Origin: a virus
DNA length: 64,000 nucleotides
IMG/VR virus record: IMGVR_UViG_3300049617_000306
Reading direction: 5' to 3' (one strand)
Shown here: one piece after another, positions 45,525-53,401 of the stretch
How the letters are laid out: every line of letters begins with the position of its first letter
How positions within the stretch are numbered: position 1 is the stretch's first letter
Made by a program: the position numbers and the translations under genes
The notes under the pieces: generated by a model
The model's database searches: none
What the model saw: the letters and a program-made list of their open reading frames with translations, nothing else
What the model was told of the DNA's origin: nothing

Positions 45525-45645
45525 CTGGGATCTCCTTGATGGGACAGCTCGACACGAGCGTGCCCGTGCTCCGCGATGGAGCTAGTGCCTGTCCTCGGGA
45601 CAGGGCGTCGTGGAAGTAGAAGAAGTACTACCAGTGCGCAGGAAG

Positions 45646-45813
45646 TCAACTGGTCACTTTGCTCGGCCGGGTCGCGAGCAGCAGAACGACCAGCGCGCTC
45701 GTGATTAGGCGCAGGTGCACACGCTCAGGTCCATGTCCGGCCACGCATGAAGCCAGCCACACGAAGGGGGACGCCAGAATCAGGCCGGCGCGGGCCTCGA
45801 AAAGCAAGTGCAT
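45646..45813 (-). CDS. small membrane protein (55 aa)
   Basis: manual translation MHLLFEARAGLILASPFVWLASC...LITSALVVLLLA; GGAGG SD. Confidence 0.5.
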   Translation of the reverse strand: MHLLFEARAGLILASPFVWLASCVAGHGPERVHLRLITSALVVLLLATRPSKVTS

Positions 45814-45953
45814 GTCTATCCTCCGCCGCTCTTGTTCCGCGCTAGGTCAAGTACTTTGCTGCTCAACGCGGCATAAGAAAGTCGAAGCGTCGTTCCTCGC
45901 TGCGAACTGCTCTTGTACAATCCCCTGCCGAACCCTCACGACAGGTGGAAACC

Positions 45954-46970
45954 ATGAAAAGAGTCTTCGCTCCGCACCTCGGCCGCGACGTCGTCATCGG
46001 GGCCTGCAAGATGCCCGACCGGCACGCTCCGAGGCTGTACCTCGGCGATTACGTCGACCTCTCGACGCTACCGCCCTCGCCCGAGAGCTGCGACTACAGC
46101 GCCCCGGCGATGCCCGTAATCACCAACCTCGAGGGCAACGACGCCTACGGCGACTGCGTCGAAGCCGAGGACGCGCACTTCATCGCCGTCATGACCGGCA
46201 ACACCGGCAGTCTCTTCTCCTACACCCCCGCGATGACGCTCGCCGCGTACACCGCGCTCACCGGCTTCAACCCCAACATACCGTCCACCGACCAAGGCAC
46301 CGACCCAACCGTGGACATGAACTACTACGTCCAGAACCCGTACGCCGACGGCACCAAGCTGCTCGGCTGGGCTTCGGTCGATGCGACCAACAAGGCGCTG
46401 GTGCAGTTCGCCATCAGCACCTTCGGCAACCTGAAGCTCTGGGTGTCACTGCCCGACGCCTGGACCAACCCCTTCCCGAGCAGCAGCGGCTTCGTCTGGG
46501 ATGTGGCCTCGCCCGACTCGAACAACGGCCACTGCATCGGCAGCTGCGCCTACAACTCCACCCTGGTGTCCATCGTGGGCGCCAACTCCCAGGGCGTGCA
46601 GGTCATGACCTGGGGCCTCATCGGTACCGTCACCTGGGCTGCTTTCGCCGCCCTCTTCGTTCCCGCCGCCGGCGGCGGAGCTGCGGTGCGCATCACCCCC
46701 GACTGGTGGAACAAGTCCACGGGCAAGGCACCGAACGGCTTCGCGGCGAGTGACCTCGCCTCGGACTTCAACAAGTACTTCGGAGGCAGCGTCGCCATCC
46801 CGGCGCCCCCCATCCCCCCGCCCTCGCCGAGCCCGGCGCCCTCGGGACCTCCGTCGCTGGCTGCGGCGCAGGCCGCCGTCACCAAGGCCCTGTCAGCACA
46901 GCTGCCGCTCATCCAGCGCTCGAAGGCCATCAGCACCGCGGCGAGCGCCCTCGCCCCGCTGTGGCCGTGA
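45954..46970 (+). CDS. papain-like (C1-type) cysteine peptidase, possible endolysin
   Basis: GNDAYGDCV, DQG, GHCI, VMTWG; Pro-rich linker. Confidence 0.7.
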   Translation: MKRVFAPHLGRDVVIGACKMPDRHAPRLYLGDYVDLSTLPPSPESCDYSAPAMPVITNLEGNDAYGDCVEAEDAHFIAVMTGNTGSLFSYTPAMTLAAYTALTGFNPNIPSTDQGTDPTVDMNYYVQNPYADGTKLLGWASVDATNKALVQFAISTFGNLKLWVSLPDAWTNPFPSSSGFVWDVASPDSNNGHCIGSCAYNSTLVSIVGANSQGVQVMTWGLIGTVTWAAFAALFVPAAGGGAAVRITPDWWNKSTGKAPNGFAASDLASDFNKYFGGSVAIPAPPIPPPSPSPAPSGPPSLAAAQAAVTKALSAQLPLIQRSKAISTAASALAPLWP

Positions 46971-47227
46971 AGCACGCACTGGTCCTCGGGCTGCTCCTCG
47001 GAGCGGCCTGCAAAACGAACACCCCTCCGACGCCCAGCGCGCACGCGCAGGTGGTGTACCAGGCTCTGGTGGATGCTGGGTGCATCGCGCAGAGCGACTC
47101 CGGCGCATCTGATGTGGCCCTCGAGGAGGCGAGCGACGCTGCCCCCGAGTGGTTCACGTGCATGTGGAACGGCGGCAGCGTGGCTGATTGCGGCGCGCCC
47201 TGCAGTGCCACCTCGACCAAGAAGTAA
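46967..47227 (+). CDS. small Cys-rich lipoprotein
   Basis: KHALVLGLLLGAAC lipobox. Confidence 0.7.
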   Translation: MKHALVLGLLLGAACKTNTPPTPSAHAQVVYQALVDAGCIAQSDSGASDVALEEASDAAPEWFTCMWNGGSVADCGAPCSATSTKK

Positions 47228-47244
47228 TCCCCGTAGTGCTCACG

Positions 47245-47283
47245 AAGGCCGGGTCCTGCAGCAGCGGGGCCCGGCCTTCTTCA
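47245..47283 (+). terminator. hairpin terminator
   Basis: AAGGCCGGGTCC/GGGCCCGGCCTT stem. Confidence 0.55.
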
Positions 47284-47295
47284 TTGGAGGACAAC

Positions 47296-47535
47296 ATGGC
47301 AAAGAGAACGGTCTACATCTGCGACGGCAAGGACTGCGGCGCGGTCCTGGTAAACGCCGAGGATGGCTTCATCACCATGGGCACTATCAAGACCACGGCG
47401 CTCGATGGTGAGCCGAAGGTCCTGGTGACCTCCGCGCCCGTTGCTTTGGAGGGAGCCGTGCCCGCGCCCCCTGGTGAAGCCGCGCTCTGCAAGGAGTGCA
47501 TGGCCAAGGCCCTGGGCTTCCCCTTCACACCATGA
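47296..47535 (+). CDS. Zn-binding small protein
   Basis: CDGKDC, LCKEC; GGAGG SD. Confidence 0.65.
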   Translation: MAKRTVYICDGKDCGAVLVNAEDGFITMGTIKTTALDGEPKVLVTSAPVALEGAVPAPPGEAALCKECMAKALGFPFTP

Positions 47536-48410
47536 ACTACGAACGGGCCCTAGCCACGCTGAACCACGCGCGTACGGGCAGGCAGCTGCCCCGGAAGAAG
47601 CTGATGAACGCGACGTGGCTGCACACAGTCCTCCAGCACGACAGTAGTGACCAGTGCGTCAGCCTGTCGCTTTTCGACAAGCACATCCTGATGTGGAAGC
47701 CGAACGGCAACATCGTCCTCACGAGCGCGGGCTACCCGACGTGGTCTACCAAGGACCGCTTCGCACGGTACCTGCCCTGGGGCTTCCGTGTCTGGCAAGA
47801 AAGGCCGTTCTGGTACGTCTCCACGCCCTCGGGTACGCGGCCCTTCTTCGACGGGATGGAGCTGCGCCCCGATGGCAGCGTGGTGCAGCTATCTGGCGCG
47901 CTCAATGCCGTTGACGCTCGCACGCTCGGAGACGACGTCTACCAGTACGCGCAGTTCTACGCGGCTCGATTGGTCAACGGTGTCAGCGCAAGGGACGTGG
48001 AGAACACTTGCAGTGGATGTGTCGCCGTGAACCTCCTGCCAGATCTCGCTGAGGTGCACAAATACGGACAGTTTCAGCAGCACTTGCTCAAGCACATGCA
48101 GCAGGAGACCACACCACCGAACCTGATCCTCGCCGCGGTCGATAAGGTGCCGGTCTTCGCCCGCGTCTTCCGCGCCCGCACCCACGGAGAGTCCTCTCGT
48201 TCTTTTCTGCGCCAGGTCATCGACGCCAGCTGGCACGAGAACCAGAAGGCCTGGCGCAAGCCAACCACGAAGAAGGCTCTGGTCGAGCAGACCGGGCTCT
48301 TGATGACCCGAGAGAACCTGCCCCGGCTGGACATCATCCCGCGAAAGTACATCGTGAGCCTGCGGATGCTGGTCGAGGACTTTCTCCTCGAGTCGTTCCA
48401 GTTCATGTAG
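47532..48410 (+). CDS. hypothetical phage protein
   Basis: ATGA coupling; GYPTWSTKDRF motif. Confidence 0.65.
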   Translation: MNYERALATLNHARTGRQLPRKKLMNATWLHTVLQHDSSDQCVSLSLFDKHILMWKPNGNIVLTSAGYPTWSTKDRFARYLPWGFRVWQERPFWYVSTPSGTRPFFDGMELRPDGSVVQLSGALNAVDARTLGDDVYQYAQFYAARLVNGVSARDVENTCSGCVAVNLLPDLAEVHKYGQFQQHLLKHMQQETTPPNLILAAVDKVPVFARVFRARTHGESSRSFLRQVIDASWHENQKAWRKPTTKKALVEQTGLLMTRENLPRLDIIPRKYIVSLRMLVEDFLLESFQFM

Positions 48411-48473
48411 GTGTCGGAGTAAGCGAACGGGCGCGTGACGACAAGCCGACCCTGAGATAGTACTAAGAGAAGG

Positions 48474-48884
48474 ATGAACAAGCGCAGGCCACTATCCGCG
48501 CGCCTCGTCAACGTCGACGTCGAAGGCGATGCAGTCACGCTGCTGGAGTCGCTGCTCATTCTGATGCGCGTGCAGGCGAAGAAGCTCGACAAGGTCCCGG
48601 CCACCCGTGATGAGGTGGTCGGGGCCATCATCGCCTCCTATTGCTTTAGCCATCAGTCTGACATCATGGAGGCCCTCACCGATGAAGCGCAGCGCCAGGC
48701 CTTCGACATCGCCATTCGACGCCACATCGTCCGCTCCCAACTTCCTAGGTCCCATCACGCCGCCCCTCGCAGACCAGACCCCCGCCTTCCCGAAGTTTCC
48801 GACGGTGGACCAGCTGCTGGCGCACCAGGAGGGGACAGCTCCGCACCCGCTGCTGCAGCTGACCGCGACGCCGCCGCCAAGTAG
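48474..48884 (+). CDS. hypothetical protein
   Basis: 136-aa ORF. Confidence 0.5.
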   Translation: MNKRRPLSARLVNVDVEGDAVTLLESLLILMRVQAKKLDKVPATRDEVVGAIIASYCFSHQSDIMEALTDEAQRQAFDIAIRRHIVRSQLPRSHHAAPRRPDPRLPEVSDGGPAAGAPGGDSSAPAAAADRDAAAK

Positions 48885-49227
48885 GCCCTCGTCCCTGTTC
48901 CAGGGGCTGCTGGGCGGCCAGCTCGACGTGCTGGTGCAGGACGCCGCAGACCACCCCGAGCGCTACGACGACGCCACGCGCTCGGCACTGGCCGCTCTGG
49001 GCGCAGGCAACCGCGAGCTCACCCCGGCCGACCACAAGCTGCTCGACAACGCCACGATGGACTACGCCGCCTTTCGCCCCCCGAAGGCCCCGCCCCGGGC
49101 GCCAGACGCGCCGAAGCCGCCGCCAAGAAGACCAAGGCTTCTCGACGACGGCGACATGCCCGATGGGCGCGAGCCGCAGGTGGAGACACCAGGAGGCGTG
49201 ATGAGCGCCTACTGGTGGCTCAGCTGA
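48682..49227 (+). CDS. Pro-rich hypothetical protein (start uncertain)
   Basis: GGAGG-N9-ATG; overlaps the previous ORF. Confidence 0.5.
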   Translation: MKRSARPSTSPFDATSSAPNFLGPITPPLADQTPAFPKFPTVDQLLAHQEGTAPHPLLQLTATPPPSRPSSLFQGLLGGQLDVLVQDAADHPERYDDATRSALAALGAGNRELTPADHKLLDNATMDYAAFRPPKAPPRAPDAPKPPPRRPRLLDDGDMPDGREPQVETPGGVMSAYWWLS

Positions 49228-49231
49228 GCGG

Positions 49232-49912
49232 CTAGAGGCCGATGCCTTCGTACTGGATCGCGTACTTGTGGGTCCCGTTGGGCGCAGCCGCGGGGGTGTA
49301 CGTGCGGTTGACCGTGTCGATGGAACCGGTCGACGGCGACAGCGCGGCACCATCGACGATCTCCCTCTCCGGCAGCAGCGGCGAGGTCTGGCCAGCGCGC
49401 AGCTTGGGGCCGTACGACAGCCCGATCTTCACACCGGTGCCGACTTCCACGGTGCCCGCAGTGCCGGTGCCGCCGAGGAACTCGATGGAGACGACCTTGC
49501 TCCAGCCCTTCACGCCCGTGCCGGAACCCGAGGTGAGTGCGACGGTCTCGGTCTGCTGGTTGCCACCGGCGTCATACCCGACGATGACCGCCGAGGTCGG
49601 GCAGTTCGACGTGGTGCCGCCGCCGGTCACCACGAGGTTGCGCGCGGCAAGGGTGAAGGCCGTGTTGAGCACGGTGCCCGCGACCGCGGTGTAGGTCACC
49701 GTACCGTTGGTGCTCGCAGTGGACGCCAGGACCGCGGCGGCAGAAGCAGCCGGCGGCGCATCCCACTCCTCGATGAAGATGGCCTTCAGCCCAGCGAGGG
49801 AAGCCTCGAGAGACGTAGCCAGCTCCTGCACTTCTGCCGCCAGGCCGCCCGGCCCAACGAGCAGATGATGCTTCAGAGTCATGTACTTGCTGAAGATGCC
49901 TGAACCCTGCAT
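49232..49912 (-). CDS. virion structural protein (T/G/A-rich)
   Basis: ARNLVVT...IVGYDAGGNQQTETVAL...GVKGWSKV. Confidence 0.6.
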   Translation of the reverse strand: MQGSGIFSKYMTLKHHLLVGPGGLAAEVQELATSLEASLAGLKAIFIEEWDAPPAASAAAVLASTASTNGTVTYTAVAGTVLNTAFTLAARNLVVTGGGTTSNCPTSAVIVGYDAGGNQQTETVALTSGSGTGVKGWSKVVSIEFLGGTGTAGTVEVGTGVKIGLSYGPKLRAGQTSPLLPEREIVDGAALSPSTGSIDTVNRTYTPAAAPNGTHKYAIQYEGIGL

Positions 49913-49936
49913 GACATATCTCCTCTTACCCTGGGA

Positions 49937-50575
49937 TCAACCCAGGGGTGTGCCGACTTGTGGCTGGCCATACTGGTTGACGCCGTAAGGCAACTGGTAA
50001 CCCATGCCTCGAACCTGACCGCCGTAGACGGCCGGACCCTGTGGTGTGCGGGCGAGCTCGCGCGTGCCCGCGTTGATGGCCTTGCTGCCGAGGTACGCTG
50101 CGCCGAGACCTGCCGCACCAACGGCCAGGTTCGTCTTCAACCCGAAGCGCCCCAGCATCTTGCCGGAGGCCTTCGGCTCGGCCGCCCCGAGCCCCTTGAG
50201 CGCACCGACCGCCTTGGTGCCCAGGGCCTTAGCCGAAGCGACGAAGTCCCCGATGCCAGCCTCCTTGATGGCCATGTCGGCGCCCGCGCCGGCGGCCACG
50301 GACGCCAGGCGGGTCATCTCGGCTCCCGAAGCCTCCCCCTTGAGGGGGGCGGTAGCCTGGCGCATCTTCGCGAGCTCGAGCTCGCGCACGGCTTCGTAGA
50401 ACGCGTCGTTGTCCTGCAGCTGCTTGCGCAGCGCGTGCTCGTTGCTATCCGCCATCCCCAGGTTGAGCAGCCCCACCGTCAGCTGCGCAAGCAGAGACCC
50501 GCCGTCGGCCGTCTTCGACAGGAAGACGTCCTCGGTGGAGTAGTGCTTCATCAGCAGGGGGACGGGGGTGTTCAT
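49937..50575 (-). CDS. putative head-internal protein
   Basis: SKTAD, IKEAG; GAAGLGAAYLG. Confidence 0.6.
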   Translation of the reverse strand: MNTPVPLLMKHYSTEDVFLSKTADGGSLLAQLTVGLLNLGMADSNEHALRKQLQDNDAFYEAVRELELAKMRQATAPLKGEASGAEMTRLASVAAGAGADMAIKEAGIGDFVASAKALGTKAVGALKGLGAAEPKASGKMLGRFGLKTNLAVGAAGLGAAYLGSKAINAGTRELARTPQGPAVYGGQVRGMGYQLPYGVNQYGQPQVGTPLG

Positions 50576-50772
50576 CTGGGAAACGGTGTTCTCTTTCGTA
50601 CCAGAGAAAGGGCGAAATCAGAAGCGCGCTTGGTTGTTTCAACCTGCACGCGGCGCAGAGACTGGATGGCCTCCTGCACGGCCGGGTCGACGATGCCAGG
50701 GTTGGTGGGCTCGTCCTCGACGAGGTCTTCGTCCTCGGCAGCGGTCGGAGGAACAACGGCGGGCGGCGTCAC
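50572..50772 (-). CDS. small hypothetical protein
   Basis: GTG coupled to the upstream stop. Confidence 0.4.
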   Translation of the reverse strand: MTPPAVVPPTAAEDEDLVEDEPTNPGIVDPAVQEAIQSLRRVQVETTKRASDFALSLVRKRTPFPR

Positions 50773-51248
50773 TTGAGCATCCCTTCGAGACGCCCCAGTG
50801 TTCTTGCCATCTCTTTCCATTGGTCCTCCTGCGCCTTGGTGAAGGTCGTGAACACGTCGTTACGGACGTAGCGTCCGCCGCGTTCCTTGAGCTTCTCGAT
50901 GTCCATCCGCAGCTGACGCAGATCCCCGTGCAGCGCCTCGAGCGGGTCGGGGCGGCTGGCGCGGTCCTCCTTGAGGGCCTCCGCGAGGTCGCGCTGATGC
51001 TTGATCTCCGACTCGAAGGCCGACTTGAGCCCGTTGAACTCGAGCCTCCAGCCGCCGGCCAGCGATTCGTAGTGGCCCTTGATGTCGCTCACGGCCGCAC
51101 GCAGCTTCGGCAGCTCGGTCAGCACGCGCTTGAGCGACTCCTCGGTCTCCTTGAGCCGCTGCTTGAAGCGGAAGAAGGCTCCGAGGAAAGAAGCGCCACC
51201 CGTTACCAGAGCTGTCACTCCACTCTGAATGATCTCTTGCGTCTCCAA
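50769..51248 (-). CDS. N-terminal TM plus coiled-coil protein
   Basis: GVTALVTGGASFLGAFF then heptads; GGAGGAG SD. Confidence 0.65.
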   Translation of the reverse strand: METQEIIQSGVTALVTGGASFLGAFFRFKQRLKETEESLKRVLTELPKLRAAVSDIKGHYESLAGGWRLEFNGLKSAFESEIKHQRDLAEALKEDRASRPDPLEALHGDLRQLRMDIEKLKERGGRYVRNDVFTTFTKAQEDQWKEMARTLGRLEGMLK

Positions 51249-51266
51249 GGCTCCTCCCGCCGGACA

Positions 51267-51656
51267 TCATCCGAGCACCCGAACACGCAGCTGACAGGAC
51301 GTGGTGTACTCGATGCTGCACGAGGTGACACCCTCCGCCGGCGTCGGGTTGAACCACACGAGTAGCCCGCCAGGGGAGATCTCGAGCGCCTGGTTGCCCC
51401 CGTTGATGGTGACGAGAACCGGCGCTGCACCCGTCTGGCCCGGGGCGTAGCTGATGAGCAGCCCGATGGCGCCCGGGGCGATGATGGTGCCGAACGACAC
51501 GGACTCGGTGCCCAACCCAGATAGGTTGAGCAGCGAGTCCTGCAGCTGAACGTACTGCCCCGTGAAGTTGTACGGGATCGGGTCAGCCGGCAGCGACTGG
51601 TCGGCCGTGAGCGACAGAGCTCCCGCGAACGATACGGGCTGAGGTGTGGCCGACAT
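51267..51656 (-). CDS. beta-rich structural protein
   Basis: follows the tail tube gene. Confidence 0.55.
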   Translation of the reverse strand: MSATPQPVSFAGALSLTADQSLPADPIPYNFTGQYVQLQDSLLNLSGLGTESVSFGTIIAPGAIGLLISYAPGQTGAAPVLVTINGGNQALEISPGGLLVWFNPTPAEGVTSCSIEYTTSCQLRVRVLG

Positions 51657-51666
51657 CGGTCACCTC

Positions 51667-52425
51667 TCAGGACCCAGGGATGTTGGGGAACGTCGCGTTG
51701 GCCCCACCCGCGTTGGACGAGGTGGTGTTGTCGATGAGGGTGAGGGCCGCGACGGCGACGGGCACCGCGCGCTCGAACTGCACCGCCGTCGACTCCTGAA
51801 TGAGCACGCCTTGCGCGTCGGTCGACCAGGAGTGGTTGGGCAGGTAGCAGGCCTCGAAGTACACCGCGGCGAGCGTGTCCAGGTTGATGTCCCGGATGTA
51901 CATCAGGATGCCGATGGGCTGCGCGAACAGGTCCGACGCCAGGTTGACGTAGATGTTCTCGTAGCCCGGCGGGATGATGACGTCGTGCGGGTTGGACATC
52001 GACGCCGCGCCCGCGTTCGGGAACATCGCGGGCACGATGGTCGGAGGGATGAGGTCCTGGTAGTAGGCGTACAGGATGCGCAGCAGAGACGCACCGTGGT
52101 AGTACACGCGGCCCAGGCCCATCTGGCCGACCGTGCGTCCCGCGATGAAGTAGCTGCGCTCCGAGCCGATCTCGAAGATGCGAGAGAACTGCCTCGTGTG
52201 GGAGAGGTTGAAGTTCTGGACGATGCCGATGGGGTAGACGACCTGGTTGGCCGCCTGACCGTTGCCGGACACCGCGCCAGCGATGGCCGCTGCACCGCCG
52301 ATGTTCGCCAGACGCGGGGGGCCCGCCGCCAGCATCGTGAAGCCCGCGTTCGCGTAGCGCCCGTCGACCAGCCCGGCCTGGACGTAGTTCGAATACGGCG
52401 CCCAGTCTGAGAAATTGCCAGCCAT
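51667..52425 (-). CDS. tail tube protein
   Basis: PIGIVQNFNL...RIFEIGSERSYFI...YFEACY; downstream of the sheath gene. Confidence 0.8.
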   Translation of the reverse strand: MAGNFSDWAPYSNYVQAGLVDGRYANAGFTMLAAGPPRLANIGGAAAIAGAVSGNGQAANQVVYPIGIVQNFNLSHTRQFSRIFEIGSERSYFIAGRTVGQMGLGRVYYHGASLLRILYAYYQDLIPPTIVPAMFPNAGAASMSNPHDVIIPPGYENIYVNLASDLFAQPIGILMYIRDINLDTLAAVYFEACYLPNHSWSTDAQGVLIQESTAVQFERAVPVAVAALTLIDNTTSSNAGGANATFPNIPGS

Positions 52426-52429
52426 CGTC

Positions 52430-52654
52430 TTACTCCCTCACCTTGGAAGAGTAGCTTCCGCCGAGGTCTTCGTACACGTTCAGGGTCTTGTTGGCGCTGA
52501 TGGTCGCTGCGACGCGAAGAAGCTCGGGGTCAGCGCTGGCCATCTTCGCCAGCAAGATCGCGTCGAGCGCGGAAACGCGCGGCGGGCCGAACCGCTCCTC
52601 GAGAGCGGCACGGCCGACGATGTCAGCTGCCAAGGAGCGGAGGTCGGCGGTCAT
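52430..52654 (-). CDS. small hypothetical protein
   Basis: MTADLRS...LAKMAS. Confidence 0.5.
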   Translation of the reverse strand: MTADLRSLAADIVGRAALEERFGPPRVSALDAILLAKMASADPELLRVAATISANKTLNVYEDLGGSYSSKVRE

Positions 52655-53369
52655 CAGGCAGTGCCTCCCGCATGCGACGACGATACTCCAAGAGCAGCGC
52701 ACGCACATCCACGGGCAACTTTTGCTGCAACAGAACCTGCAGCGCGGTCGCAGGGTCGAACTCGTGCCCAGGCGGATGCGCCTCGCTGCCGTTCTTGGCG
52801 CGCCCGTCGAGCAGCTCCAAGTTCTCCCAGCAGTTGTTGCCCCTGACGCCGTCCTTGTGGTGAACGATCTCCCACTCCTCGAGGAAGCGCCCAAGCGAGA
52901 GTTCCATCACAAGACGATGCTCCAAGATGGAACCATCCTGTCGTGCATGCGGGTGTCCTGGTGGCGCTTGCACGAGGACGTAGCCATCGCGCCCCACCCA
53001 GCGTTCCTTCTTGCGCGGTCGCTTGAAAGGAACAGGGTCCCGCAGCTTGCTCCCCTGCGCATCGATTAGCCCAGCGCGACGCTTCTGTGCGTGCGACGCG
53101 CACATGCCCTTGCTGCGAGCAGGTGCCGGGCACTCCGGCAGTAGACATGCTGTGAAGGACCCGGGAGCAAGCTGCTTGTAGCTGCGTACACGCAGCAGTG
53201 GGCGCAGCTCCGCACCGGTCTCCCAATCCAGGCGACCACGACGCGCAGCCCTGTAGTGCGTGGAACAGAAGCCCTTGCTTCCGCCCTCTATTGTCGCACT
53301 GCATCCAATCACCTTGCACGGGGGCCACGGTCCTTCTCGTTTCGGTCGTCCTGGGTGTCGCGTGTTCAT
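52623..53369 (-). CDS. HNH homing endonuclease
   Basis: EHRLVME...VHHKDGVRGNN..ENLEL; two CxxxxC..CxxH repeats. Confidence 0.9.
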   Translation of the reverse strand: MNTRHPGRPKREGPWPPCKVIGCSATIEGGSKGFCSTHYRAARRGRLDWETGAELRPLLRVRSYKQLAPGSFTACLLPECPAPARSKGMCASHAQKRRAGLIDAQGSKLRDPVPFKRPRKKERWVGRDGYVLVQAPPGHPHARQDGSILEHRLVMELSLGRFLEEWEIVHHKDGVRGNNCWENLELLDGRAKNGSEAHPPGHEFDPATALQVLLQQKLPVDVRALLLEYRRRMREALPDDRRPPLLGS

Positions 53370-53401
53370 CGGGGAGAGTACCTCCCCAGTTACCTATGAC
53401 A

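Noticed and set aside
52430-53400. Group I intron around the HNH gene
   Set aside because: Sheath and tube genes appear complete, and there is no space for an intron core.
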